Part shown: positions 34,795 through 44,200 of the stretch, one piece after another | Position numbering within the stretch: position 1 is the stretch's first letter | How the letters are laid out: the number at the start of each line of letters is the position of its first letter | Assembly (NCBI RefSeq): GCF_022843985.1 | Contig: NZ_JALHMP010000012.1 | Location: forward strand, 35,471 to 99,470 | DNA: 64,000 nucleotides | Origin: Phreatobacter sp. | GTDB lineage: Bacteria > Pseudomonadota > Alphaproteobacteria > Rhizobiales > Phreatobacteraceae | Direction of reading: 5' to 3' | The notes under the pieces: generated by a model | Database searches by the model: none | What the model saw: only the letters and a program-made list of their open reading frames with translations | Told to the model about the DNA's origin: nothing | Translations under genes and position numbers: made by a program

Positions 34795-34834
34795 TTAACC
34801 CTTGGTTTCCGCGTTAGGGTTAAGAAAGGGTTTC
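34795..34834 (-). promoter_or_regulatory. Two degenerate CtrA-like sites upstream of the PAS gene
   Basis: Minus strand GAAA-N7-TTAAC occurs twice, 25 bp apart. Confidence 0.45.
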
Positions 34835-34924
34835 GATTGCCGGCGGCGCATGGCGTGTGGTTCGGTTCGGTCGTTCCACGAATTCGGTACGCCGGTCTTG
34901 ACTCCCGGCGGATCGCTCAACTTC

Positions 34925-35031
34925 AGGCATATCTCCGGGGACACGAGGAGATGGAGACGTGACCTATCGGGAATGGTTCGCCATTCCCCACGTTCCAGCC
35001 GGGGGAGATCGTCAGATCTCCCCCTTTTTTT
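34925..35031 (+). ncRNA. Candidate structured small RNA (family not recognised)
   Basis: Three hairpins: ATCTCC/GGAGAT; GGGAATGG-TTCG-CCATTCCC extended by ACGTG/CACGT; GGGGGAGATC-GTCA-GATCTCCCCC followed by T7. Confidence 0.65.
35001..35031 (+). terminator. Strong intrinsic terminator
   Basis: Perfect 10-bp stem plus TTTTTTT. Confidence 0.85.
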
Positions 35032-35148
35032 GTCCTTGCGGTGCCCGGTGGGGTCCTGCGGGTTGTCGCGCACCCGGGCAGCTCTCGACACGGGGGCCGC
35101 CTTGGCTCTAGTGAGACCTTCCCGCAGGCGATCCCCCGGCAGTTCTCC

Positions 35149-35865
35149 TTGTCCGAACGCGAACCGATCCTCAACATTCCCGGCGTGGTGACTGCGCTCA
35201 GCCTGGCGATGATCGTCATCCATGTCGGGCGCCTCTTCCTTCTCAGCGACGATGCGGACCGCGAGGTCCTGCTCACCTTCGCCTTCATCCCGGCCCGGTT
35301 CGAGCCGTCGCTGGCCGGCACCTGGTTCCCCGGCGGCGCGGCGGGGGACGTGTGGACCTTCGTGACCTACGGCTTCCTCCATGCCGACTGGACGCACCTC
35401 GCTGTCAACGTCCTCTGGCTCGCGGTGTTCGGGTCGGCGGTGGCGCGTCGCTTTGGCACCCTGCGCAGCCTTGTCTTCTTCGCCGTCACGGCGGCAGCAG
35501 GCGCGCTCGGCCATCTCCTGGCGGTCGGGACCGCCTTCGTCCCGGTGATCGGCGCTTCGGCCGCCGTCTCCGGCTTCACAGCCGCGGCACTGCGCTTCGT
35601 CTTTCAGGCGGGCGGCCCGCTCGGCCCCAGGCGCGCGAGCGGAGAGGATGCCTACAGGGTGCCGGCGCTGGGACTCGCCGCCATGGTTCGCAACGGTCCG
35701 GTCATGGGGATGGTGGTGGTGTGGATCGGGGTCAATGTCGCTTTCGGCGCAATCAACCTGCCGATGCCGGGCTTCGAGGGCCAGATCGCCTGGCAGGCGC
35801 ATCTGGCGGGGTTTGCAGCAGGACTTTTTCTCTTCCGCTTCTTCGATCCATTCCGCGCCGGCTGA
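35149..35865 (+). CDS. Rhomboid family intramembrane serine protease (start uncertain, TTG 35149 assumed)
   Basis: REPILNIP, TYGFLHADWTHL..N, IGASAAVSG, AWQAHLAGF. Confidence 0.88.
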   Translation: MSEREPILNIPGVVTALSLAMIVIHVGRLFLLSDDADREVLLTFAFIPARFEPSLAGTWFPGGAAGDVWTFVTYGFLHADWTHLAVNVLWLAVFGSAVARRFGTLRSLVFFAVTAAAGALGHLLAVGTAFVPVIGASAAVSGFTAAALRFVFQAGGPLGPRRASGEDAYRVPALGLAAMVRNGPVMGMVVVWIGVNVAFGAINLPMPGFEGQIAWQAHLAGFAAGLFLFRFFDPFRAG

Positions 35866-35995
35866 CGGTGTTGCGCTGCACACCTGACGTCTTGTCTTCA
35901 TGCGGGCCAAGGCGAATACTTCGGGCCCGGGCAACCGGAGCATGACAAGGCGGGGCCGCCCGCGACGGGCGTCCCTCCGCGACCGGAGGCAGATC

Positions 35996-36427
35996 ATGAA
36001 CGTGAAGAGCATTCTGGACGCCAAGGGCAGGGCGGTCGCCACGATCGACCCCGATGCGACGCTGGCGGCTGCGGCCCATCTCCTCGCCGAGATGCGGATC
36101 GGCGCCGTCGTGGTGACGGGGGCGGGCCATTCGGTGGCCGGCATCCTGTCTGAGCGCGACATCGTCCGCTCGCTGTCCGATCATGGGGCGAAGGCCCTCG
36201 ATCGCTCGGTGGCGGATACCATGACCCGCAAGGTGATCACCTGTGGCGAGCAGGATTCCCTCAGCCAGCTCATGGAGAGCATGACTGACGGCAAGTTCCG
36301 CCATCTGCCGGTGGTCGAGGGGGGGCGCCTCGTCGGCATCATCTCCATCGGCGACGTCGTGAAGCGGCGGCTCGCGGAGATCGAGAGAGAGCACAACGCC
36401 CTCAAGGAATATGTGACCAACGCCTGA
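35996..36427 (+). CDS. CBS-pair domain protein
   Basis: IGAVVV, GILSERDIVR, FRHLPVV...LVGIISIGDVVK; GGAGG RBS. Confidence 0.92.
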   Translation: MNVKSILDAKGRAVATIDPDATLAAAAHLLAEMRIGAVVVTGAGHSVAGILSERDIVRSLSDHGAKALDRSVADTMTRKVITCGEQDSLSQLMESMTDGKFRHLPVVEGGRLVGIISIGDVVKRRLAEIEREHNALKEYVTNA

Positions 36428-36436
36428 GCCGGGTTG

Positions 36437-37510
36437 TCAGCTCACCGCCTTTAGCGCTTCGGCGAGATCGGGCAGCAAGCGTTCGGTGGCCTCCTCGCCG
36501 AGGGCGATGGTTTCGGCGGCGCGATGGAACTCGAACAGGCCGATCTTCGACAGCCGGGGGCCGATCAGGATGTTCGGCGGATCCCCCGCCAGTCGCTGGC
36601 GGGCGATTCGCTCCTGGGTGGCGTTGAAGGCCTTGGCCATCACGGTGGGAATGCCGGGGGCGCGGGCCACGGTGATGCGGCTGTCGATGGGCCCCGGCTC
36701 GGTGTCGAGCGACATGGCGGCGCGCAGCGGCCGCGCCAGTGCCCGGCCGATGCCGCGGCCGAGACCGCGTCCGATGCCCTTACCCAGATTGACCACCGCC
36801 CTGACGCGCGGCCGGCTCTCGACCAGCGGCTGGGCCTCGTCCTCGGGGCTGGTGCCGTGGTCCTGGATGACGGTCGAGCGGCCGAGGGCGTCGGCATTGA
36901 GGCTGACGGCGATGACCAGGCGGGCGCCGAGGGCGCGGGTGACGGAGACGGGAACCGGGTTCGACAGGGCGCCGTCCATCAGCCAGCGACCGCCCACCCG
37001 GACCGGCGGCAGGATCCCCGGCAGGGCATAGGAGGCGCGCAGGGCCGTCATCAGCCGGCCGCGCGTCAGCCAGATCTCGTGGCCGGTGCCGATCTCGGTG
37101 GCCACCGCGGCGAAGCTGATCGGCAGCGCCTCGATCCGCGTCTCGCCGATCTCCCGCTGCAGCAGTTGCGCCAGCCGCGAGCCGCCCATCAGGCCGCCGC
37201 CGGAAATGGCGATGTCGACGAGCGCGATGACATCGCGCCGCTTGAGTGACAGGACCCAGTCGGAGAAGGCGTCGAGTTTGCCGGCCGCATAGAGCCCGCC
37301 GACGGCGGCGCCGATCGAGGTGCCGGCGATGACGTCCGGCTCATATCCGGCGCGTACCAGAGCGCGGATGATGCCGATATGGGCGAGGCCGCGCGCGGCG
37401 CCCCCGCCCAGCGCCAGACCGATCACGGGCCGCGGCGGCGGGGTTAGGGTGCTCTCGGCGAAATCGGCGGGTTCGGCCTCGGGCCGACCGCGGCGGCGCA
37501 GCGTCAGCAT
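36437..37510 (-). CDS. Patatin-like phospholipase (RssA-like)
   Basis: LALGGGAARG.AHIG, GTSIG, ASYALPG, DGALSNPVP. Confidence 0.92.
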   Translation of the reverse strand: MLTLRRRGRPEAEPADFAESTLTPPPRPVIGLALGGGAARGLAHIGIIRALVRAGYEPDVIAGTSIGAAVGGLYAAGKLDAFSDWVLSLKRRDVIALVDIAISGGGLMGGSRLAQLLQREIGETRIEALPISFAAVATEIGTGHEIWLTRGRLMTALRASYALPGILPPVRVGGRWLMDGALSNPVPVSVTRALGARLVIAVSLNADALGRSTVIQDHGTSPEDEAQPLVESRPRVRAVVNLGKGIGRGLGRGIGRALARPLRAAMSLDTEPGPIDSRITVARAPGIPTVMAKAFNATQERIARQRLAGDPPNILIGPRLSKIGLFEFHRAAETIALGEEATERLLPDLAEALKAVS

Positions 37511-37513
37511 GGC

Positions 37514-37966
37514 TCAGCCGAAGGCCGGGCGCAGCCGCTCGGCGTCGCGCGGGACAAGCCGGACATCCTCCAGCGCGCCGCCGGTGGGAATGGCGCGGTA
37601 GAAGCAGGTCTTGCGGCCGGTATGGCACGAGCCGCCGTCGCCGCCGACCCGGACCTTGAGCCATACGGCGTCCTGGTCGCAGTCGACGCGCATTTCGACC
37701 ACCGTCTGGATCTGGCCGGACGTGTCGCCCTTGTGCCAGATCACGCCGCGCGACCGCGACCAGTAATGGGCCTCGCCAGTCTCGATAGTCAGGCGCAGGG
37801 CGTCGGCATTCATATGGGCCACCATGAGCAGTTCCCCGGTCTGCGCATCGCTGGTCACCGCGGTGATCAGACCATCGGCGCCGAAGCGGGGGAGGAGACG
37901 GTCGCCCTCCTCGATCTCGATCTTGGAAGGTGACGCAGGGGCCTGCGGGGGGCATTCGGCGCACAT
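37514..37966 (-). CDS. hisI: Phosphoribosyl-AMP cyclohydrolase
   Basis: [34 protein letters not shown]. Confidence 0.95.
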   Translation of the reverse strand: MCAECPPQAPASPSKIEIEEGDRLLPRFGADGLITAVTSDAQTGELLMVAHMNADALRLTIETGEAHYWSRSRGVIWHKGDTSGQIQTVVEMRVDCDQDAVWLKVRVGGDGGSCHTGRKTCFYRAIPTGGALEDVRLVPRDAERLRPAFG

Positions 37967-38157
37967 GGCATGGGGTCCGCGGTCGGCAGTGGCTTCAATC
38001 CTGTCAAGTCTTCTATCCCGCCTTGTGGACAAGCCCAAGCGCCAAGATCGGTGGAAGTGGCCGGCCACCACCGCGTCAAGGTTAATGAATGGTTCGGCTC
38101 GTCCCGGGAGAGGCCGGCAGTTATTTTGCGGAAGTCCTAATTCTCCCGGAGACCCCC

Positions 38158-38508
38158 ATGAGCGAGCAGCGAGACCTTTTCGCGAAGTCCGGCATCGTCG
38201 ACCAGACCGAGCTCAAGGCCAATGCCGCCCTCTATGCGGCCCGGGAGAAGGCCGCCGCCCCCGACGGCGACGTGGCGCCGATCATCACCGCCTCGCCGCG
38301 GGTCATCCGCCAGGGCGGTGCTGCGGCGGCGCGGGCCCTGCGCGAGAAGCTGGTCGCCGAACAGCAGGCGGTCGTGGTCGAGGCGGCCGCGCGCTTCGCC
38401 CGGCGCGATGCCGAGGGCATTCCGGCGCGCTCGATCCTGCGATTCCGGCTGAGTGACCTGCCGCGGCTGATCCGCCCCGATCGCGATCCGCAGAAGCCGT
38501 CGCGCTGA
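38158..38508 (+). CDS. Hypothetical protein (116 aa)
   Basis: GGAG upstream, genome-typical codon usage, fills the gap between hisI and the TfoX gene. Confidence 0.65.
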   Translation: MSEQRDLFAKSGIVDQTELKANAALYAAREKAAAPDGDVAPIITASPRVIRQGGAAAARALREKLVAEQQAVVVEAAARFARRDAEGIPARSILRFRLSDLPRLIRPDRDPQKPSR

Positions 38509-38521
38509 GGCGCGTGTTCCG

Positions 38522-38890
38522 TTAGCGCTCCTCGAAGCTTCGCCGGCCGCGCACCTGTCGGGCGGCTTTGGCGGGGAGCGCCGCGACATGGCCGACGGCC
38601 ATGGCGGACCATTGCGCCAGCGCCGGCGCATCGAGCCCTTCCGGGTCGACATAGACGTAGCCCTCCATCGGCTTGCCGCGGACCTCCATCGATCGTGTTC
38701 CCGGGCGGGCGAGCGCCTCGGCGTGCCGGTCCTTGCCGACGCGCAGCAGCAGGCCGCTTTCGGACAGGGCCGCTACCATGTTGCCGCCGAGCAGCACGGC
38801 CGTCCCGCCGAACATGGCGATGCGGCTCGTCGATCCATGGCGGCCTGCATCGGCCTCGATCAGCGTGAGGATCGTCTGGTCGTCCATCAT
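38522..38890 (-). CDS. TfoX/Sxy N-terminal domain protein
   Basis: MFGG...LLGGNM.......GLLLRVG, KPMEGYVYV, L..W...A...V..LP.K. Confidence 0.85.
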   Translation of the reverse strand: MMDDQTILTLIEADAGRHGSTSRIAMFGGTAVLLGGNMVAALSESGLLLRVGKDRHAEALARPGTRSMEVRGKPMEGYVYVDPEGLDAPALAQWSAMAVGHVAALPAKAARQVRGRRSFEER

Positions 38891-39050
38891 GGCCTCATTC
38901 TCCCGAACGCCGCGGTGCCGCCCCCCCGGGGCCATCATCGGCTGGGTGTCGACACGGTCCGCTGCGCGACCCGTCTTACCATTGCGGCGCGAAACGGCCT
39001 GATGCTAAGAGGCGCAAACCGCTTTTCTCGTTCCAACGGGTGATTTCCGC

Positions 39051-39338
39051 ATGTCCGTCGATCAGGCGACCGTCCGGCGCATCGCGCATCTCGCGCGCAT
39101 CGCCGTGACAGACGAAGAGGTGCCGCACCTCCAGGGCGAACTCAACGCTATCCTCGCCTTCGTCGATCAGTTGAACGAGGTCGACGTCACCCATGTCGAG
39201 CCAATGACCTCCGTCACTCCGATGGCGATGAAGAAGCGTCAGGACGTGGTGACCGATGGCGGCATCCCGGACCTCATCGTCGCCAACGCGCCCGAGCGGG
39301 AAGGCCATTTCTTCGCCGTTCCCAAGGTCGTGGAGTAA
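39051..39338 (+). CDS. gatC: Asp/Glu-tRNA amidotransferase subunit C
   Basis: [33 protein letters not shown]. Confidence 0.96.
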   Translation: MSVDQATVRRIAHLARIAVTDEEVPHLQGELNAILAFVDQLNEVDVTHVEPMTSVTPMAMKKRQDVVTDGGIPDLIVANAPEREGHFFAVPKVVE

Positions 39339-39341
39339 GCC

Positions 39342-40853
39342 ATGACCGACCTGACCCGGATGACCATCGCCGAGGCCCGCGACGGCCTGACGAAGAAGAG
39401 CTTCTCGGCCGCCGACCTGACGCAGGCCTATCTCGCAGCCATGGAGAAGGGCCGTAAGCTCAACGCCTATGTGCTTGAGACGCCCGAGAAGGCGCTCGCC
39501 ATGGCGGCGGCTTCCGACGCCCGCATCGCCAAGGGCGAGGCCGGGCCGCTGGAGGGCATTCCGCTCGGCGTGAAGGATCTGTTCTGCACCGAGGGCGTGC
39601 GGACCACCGCCTGCTCGAACATTCTCGGCAATTTCATCCCGCCCTACGAATCCACCGTCACTAGCCATCTGTGGCGCGACGGCGCGGTCATGCTCGGCAA
39701 GCTCAACAACGACGAATTTGCCATGGGCTCGTCCAACGAGACCAGCTGCTTTCCGGCGCCGATCAATCCGTGGCGGCGGCAGGGTTCCAATGCCGGCGCC
39801 GGCCCCGGCGGGATCGACGCCACGCCCCTCGTGCCCGGCGGATCCTCGGGCGGATCGTCGGCCGCCGTTGCCGCCATGCTCTGCGCGGGTGCGACCGCGA
39901 CGGATACGGGTGGCTCCATCCGCCAGCCGGCGGCATTGACCGGAACGGTTGGCATCAAGCCGACCTATGGCCGCGTGTCGCGCTGGGGCATCGTCGCCTT
40001 CGCCTCCTCGCTCGATCAGGCCGGACCCATCGCCCGCGACGTGACGGATGCCGCCATGCTGCTGCGCTCCTTTGCCGGCGCGGACGCGAAGGACACGACC
40101 TGCGTTGATCGCCCGGTGCCTGACTATGCCGCGGCGGTCGGCAAGTCGATCAAGGGCATGACGATCGGCATTCCCCGGGAGTACCGCATCGACGGCATGC
40201 CGGCGGAGATCCAGAAGCTGTGGGACGAGGGCGCCCAGATCCTCAAGGAGGCTGGCGCCACCCTCGTCGAGATCTCGCTGCCGCACACGAAATATGCGCT
40301 TCCCGCCTATTACATCGTGGCGCCGGCGGAGGCCTCCTCCAACCTCGCCCGCTATGACGGGGTACGCTACGGCCTGCGCGAGCCCGGCAAGGACATTGTC
40401 GACCTTTACGAGAAGACCCGCGCCAGGGGCTTCGGCAAGGAGGTCCGCCGCCGCATCATGATCGGCACCTACGTGCTCTCGGCCGGCTATTACGACGCTT
40501 ATTACGTCCGCGCGCAGAAGCTCCGCACCCTGATCAAGCAGGATTTCGAACAGGCCTATGCCGCGGGTGTCGATGCCATCCTGACGCCGGCGACACCTTC
40601 CGCCGCCTTCGGAATCGGCGAGAAGGGTTCCGCCGATCCCGTCGAGATGTATCTGCAGGACATCTTTACCGTGACGGTCAACATGGCGGGCCTGCCGGGT
40701 ATTGCCTTGCCAGCCGGTCTCGATCCTCAGGGCCTGCCCCTCGGCCTGCAGCTCATCGGGCGCGCCTTCGACGAGGAGACGCTGTTCTCGGTGGCCAGCG
40801 TCATCGAGAAGGCCAAGGGCCGCTTCCCGGTCTCGGACCGCTGGTGGGGATGA
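39342..40853 (+). CDS. gatA: Asp/Glu-tRNA amidotransferase subunit A
   Basis: [57 protein letters not shown]. Confidence 0.97.
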   Translation: MTDLTRMTIAEARDGLTKKSFSAADLTQAYLAAMEKGRKLNAYVLETPEKALAMAAASDARIAKGEAGPLEGIPLGVKDLFCTEGVRTTACSNILGNFIPPYESTVTSHLWRDGAVMLGKLNNDEFAMGSSNETSCFPAPINPWRRQGSNAGAGPGGIDATPLVPGGSSGGSSAAVAAMLCAGATATDTGGSIRQPAALTGTVGIKPTYGRVSRWGIVAFASSLDQAGPIARDVTDAAMLLRSFAGADAKDTTCVDRPVPDYAAAVGKSIKGMTIGIPREYRIDGMPAEIQKLWDEGAQILKEAGATLVEISLPHTKYALPAYYIVAPAEASSNLARYDGVRYGLREPGKDIVDLYEKTRARGFGKEVRRRIMIGTYVLSAGYYDAYYVRAQKLRTLIKQDFEQAYAAGVDAILTPATPSAAFGIGEKGSADPVEMYLQDIFTVTVNMAGLPGIALPAGLDPQGLPLGLQLIGRAFDEETLFSVASVIEKAKGRFPVSDRWWG

Positions 40854-40857
40854 GGTG

Positions 40858-41073
40858 ATGATCGCTGCCCGGGCCGTCGCCATCGCGTGCCTGACGGTCT
40901 TCGGGTGGCTCCTGTGGATTTTCGCCGCGCTGCTTCTGGTCTATCTCGCCATGGCCTGGCGTTCGGGCGATCCGGCGTTCAAGCTCGTCTATCTCGCGGT
41001 GATGGCGATCGCCGCGGTGGCGACGGGTTTCGTCAGCCGCCATCTGGCGCGGCGGATCGAGGCGGGTCGCTAG
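40858..41073 (+). CDS. Small two-helix membrane protein (71 aa)
   Basis: GAGGTG RBS overlapping the gatA stop; two hydrophobic helices separated by RSGDP. Confidence 0.65.
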   Translation: MIAARAVAIACLTVFGWLLWIFAALLLVYLAMAWRSGDPAFKLVYLAVMAIAAVATGFVSRHLARRIEAGR

Positions 41074-41159
41074 CGGCGACGTGTTTCAACGTGTTCCACA
41101 CGCTCTTTTAAGGGGCGATCGACCATGCTCCGCGGGTTCGGTTACCGCGGCGGGGCTTC

Positions 41160-43436
41160 ATGTCATCGATCGATACGTCTCACGACCTTCCGATGGGTCA
41201 GGGAAGCCTCGCGCGGCTCGTCGCGCTGCCGCTGTTCGCCCTCGCCATCTTCGTCTCGGCCTTGCTGCTGTTCTCGGTGCAGCCACTGTTCACGAAGATG
41301 GTGCTGCCAGTGCTCGGCGGCACGCCGGCGGTCTGGTCGGTGGCGATGGTCTTCTTCCAGGGCGTATTGCTGGCCGGCTACGGCTATGCCCATCTGCTCA
41401 ACCGCCATCTCGATCCGCGACGCGCCATCCTCGTCCATCTCGGCATGATGGCCCTCGTCTTCGCAGTCGCCCTGCCGATCGCCCTGGCGCCGGGCTGGGG
41501 CCGGCCGCCCGCGGAGGGTGAGGCGCTCTGGCTCATCGGCCTGTTCGCGGCCTCGGTGGGGCTTCCGTTCTTCGCGCTTGCCGGCAATGGTCCGCTTTTG
41601 CAGGCCTGGTTCGCCCGGACAGGCCACCGCGACGCTGCCGATCCCTATTTCCTCTATGGCGCCTCCAATCTCGGCTCGTTCCTGGCGCTTCTGTCCTATC
41701 CTTTCGTGATCGAGCCGCTGCTGTCGCTGAAGACCCAGTCCGCCGTCTGGGCCGCCGGCTTCGCCGTACTCGGTGGCCTGATCGCCCTCACTGCTGTGAT
41801 CCTTGGCCGGACCGTCCGACAGGAGATGGTCCCCGCCACCAGTCGCCCCGCTGCGGCGCCGGTCGCCTGGTCGGAGCGGCTGACCTGGATCGGCCTGGCG
41901 GCTGTGCCCTCCGGCCTGCTGGTCGCGCTCACGGCGCATCTGTCGACCGATGTGGCCGCGGTGCCGCTCCTGTGGGTCCTGCCGCTGGCGCTGTTCCTCC
42001 TCACCTTCGTGCTTGCCTTCCGCGACGGCGGCTCCGGCCTTCACCGCCTCATGGTCACTGGTCAGCCGGTGATGCTGGTCGGTGTCATCGTCGCCCTGCT
42101 GGCCAGTGCGAACATCCCATGGCCGCTCGCGGCGGCGCTGCATGTCGGCTTTTTCTTCGTCGCGACGATGGTCTGCCACGGCGAACTCTACCGGCGCCGC
42201 CCGGCCACAACCCATCTGACCGAGTTCTACGTCATGCTGTCCGTGGGCGGGGTCATCGGTGGCATTTTCGCCAGCCTCATCGCGCCGGCCCTGTTCAACT
42301 CGATCCTCGAATATCCGGTCCTCGTCGTCGCCGCCGTCCTCTGCCGGCCGGGCATGGGCGAGGCGCTGGCGCGTCTCGGATGGCCGCGCTTGATCGCCGC
42401 CTTGGCGCTTGTCGCCGGCCTCGTGGCGGTGCAGGCCCTCGCCGGCGTGACCGCCAAGTCGTTGCCGGTCATCGCCTATATCGCCCTCATGGCCGGAATT
42501 GCCGGCATCATCCTGATCGGCCGGCAGAAGCCTTCGCTGATGCTGGCGGGCGCGCTCCTCTTCGTCGCGGTCAGTCAGGCACCGGTCATGCCTGCGGGTA
42601 CCCTTGCGCGCGAGCGCTCCTTCTTCGCCGTCCACGAGGTGCGGGAGACACCAGACGGACAGGGACGCCTGCTGGTGCATGGCATCACGGTCCATGGGGC
42701 CGAGCGTACCCGCCATCCCGACGGCCGTCTCATCGACGGGCACCCTGAACCGGCAAGTTACTATCATCGCGGCGGTCCCTTCGGCGAGGCCATCGGCGCG
42801 TTGCGCGCGTCCCGGCAGGGCAGGCCGCTGCGGGTCGCCGCGATTGGCCTGGGGGTCGGCTCGCTCGCCTGCTACAATCAGCCGGGCGACTCCTGGACAT
42901 TCCTCGAGATCGATCCGGTCGTGGTCCGGATGGCCCGCGATACCAGCCTCTTCCGGTCGCTGACGCGCTGTGCGCCGGACGCGCCGGTGGTGATCGGCGA
43001 CGGGCGCCTGACGCTTGGCGATCAGGCCGGCCGGTTCGACCTCATCGTCGTCGACGCCTTTTCCTCCGACGCCATTCCCGTGCATTTGCTGACGCGGGAG
43101 GCTTTTACAGGCTATCTCGACAAGCTGGCGCCGGACGGGGCGATCTTGGTCCACATCTCCAACCGCAACATGGATCTCAGCCCGGTCGTGGCGGCCTCCG
43201 CTGCCGCCCATGGCCTGACCGGCGGCGTTCGCCATGGTGTGGCGGAAGGCGGCATGCGCGATGCTATGACCGCCCCGGCCATCGTGGCCATGGTGGCGCG
43301 CGACGCGAGGCATCTCGGGTCCATCGCCGATGCGCCGACCTGGCCGCCCCTCGTCGTGCCGAATGGTTTCCAGACCTGGACCGATGACTATTCCAACATC
43401 ATCGATCCGATCATCCGTCGATTCCGCAAGCCCTGA
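41160..43436 (+). CDS. Fused membrane transporter-like / spermidine synthase-like SAM transferase
   Basis: About 12 TM N-terminus (LLFSVQP, LLQAWF, PYFLYGASNLGS, CHGELY..RP....LTEFY); C-terminal IGLGVGS, EIDP.V, FDLIVVDAFSSDAIP.HLLT.EA, WTDDYSN. Confidence 0.88.
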   Translation: MSSIDTSHDLPMGQGSLARLVALPLFALAIFVSALLLFSVQPLFTKMVLPVLGGTPAVWSVAMVFFQGVLLAGYGYAHLLNRHLDPRRAILVHLGMMALVFAVALPIALAPGWGRPPAEGEALWLIGLFAASVGLPFFALAGNGPLLQAWFARTGHRDAADPYFLYGASNLGSFLALLSYPFVIEPLLSLKTQSAVWAAGFAVLGGLIALTAVILGRTVRQEMVPATSRPAAAPVAWSERLTWIGLAAVPSGLLVALTAHLSTDVAAVPLLWVLPLALFLLTFVLAFRDGGSGLHRLMVTGQPVMLVGVIVALLASANIPWPLAAALHVGFFFVATMVCHGELYRRRPATTHLTEFYVMLSVGGVIGGIFASLIAPALFNSILEYPVLVVAAVLCRPGMGEALARLGWPRLIAALALVAGLVAVQALAGVTAKSLPVIAYIALMAGIAGIILIGRQKPSLMLAGALLFVAVSQAPVMPAGTLARERSFFAVHEVRETPDGQGRLLVHGITVHGAERTRHPDGRLIDGHPEPASYYHRGGPFGEAIGALRASRQGRPLRVAAIGLGVGSLACYNQPGDSWTFLEIDPVVVRMARDTSLFRSLTRCAPDAPVVIGDGRLTLGDQAGRFDLIVVDAFSSDAIPVHLLTREAFTGYLDKLAPDGAILVHISNRNMDLSPVVAASAAAHGLTGGVRHGVAEGGMRDAMTAPAIVAMVARDARHLGSIADAPTWPPLVVPNGFQTWTDDYSNIIDPIIRRFRKP

Positions 43437-43657
43437 GGGAGGCGGCGCCCGCATTGGCGCGGGCGCCGCCGGGGTCCGGCGCGACGGGGGCGGCGGCCGG
43501 TTCCCCACGGGCGGAGAGGGCGTCCGCCCGTTGGCAATACGGGGCGCCCAAGGTGATGGATGAAGCCTAACCGGCAAAAAGCGCGGTTCAGCGACAGCCT
43601 GTCGCATCCAAAGGGGGCTCTTTGGTGTAGAACCAGAAACTGCTTGGTGCGGGAGGC

Positions 43658-44200
43658 TTGATGGTGGCGGTCGGCGCCGATCTCAAGGACGCGCTCGCGC
43701 GCTGCGCGGGCGGGGACAAGGCCGCCCTCAGGATGATCTACGAGAGCGAATGCGCCGCGATGATCGGCGTTGCCGCGCGCATCGTGAAGCGTCGGGAACT
43801 GGCCGAGGAGGTCGTTCAGGAGGCCTTCGTCAAGATCTGGCGCAATGCCCACCGTTATGACCCCGGCCTCGGCCCGGCCAAGGCCTGGATCTACGCCATC
43901 GTCCGCAACCAGGCCATCAATACGCTGCGGAGCGGGCGGCGCGAGGATCTCGTCGACGAGGTGCCGGAGGATGCAGGCTCGGTGGTGGAAGCCTATGCCG
44001 CCGCCGAGCGCCTGCCGGACGGCCAGGCCCTGCGCCGCTGCCTGGAGGGGCTCGAGGCCCGCCGCCGCACGAGCCTCCTCATGGCCTATGTGGACGGCTT
44101 TTCCCATGGCGAGATCGCCGGCCGTCTCGGCCTGCCGCTCGGCACGGTGAAGGCCTGGATCCGCCGGTCGCTGCTGGCGCTCAGGGAGTGCATGGGATGA
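43658..44200 (+). CDS. ECF sigma factor (SigK-like)
   Basis: AEEVVQEAFVKIW, AWIYAIVRNQAI, GFSHGEIA.RLGLPLGTVKAWIRR. Confidence 0.93.
   Translation: MMVAVGADLKDALARCAGGDKAALRMIYESECAAMIGVAARIVKRRELAEEVVQEAFVKIWRNAHRYDPGLGPAKAWIYAIVRNQAINTLRSGRREDLVDEVPEDAGSVVEAYAAAERLPDGQALRRCLEGLEARRRTSLLMAYVDGFSHGEIAGRLGLPLGTVKAWIRRSLLALRECMG

Noticed and set aside
34959-35111. 50-codon GTG ORF, and a MET-stop mini ORF, within the sRNA candidate
   Set aside because: The 50-codon ORF runs through a strong terminator, and the mini ORF has its SD abutting the ATG; RNA structure explains the region better.
36740-36790. GRGLGRGIGRAL pseudo-repeat in patatin
   Set aside because: Low-complexity linker that is degenerate at the DNA level; no evidence of a functional repeat.
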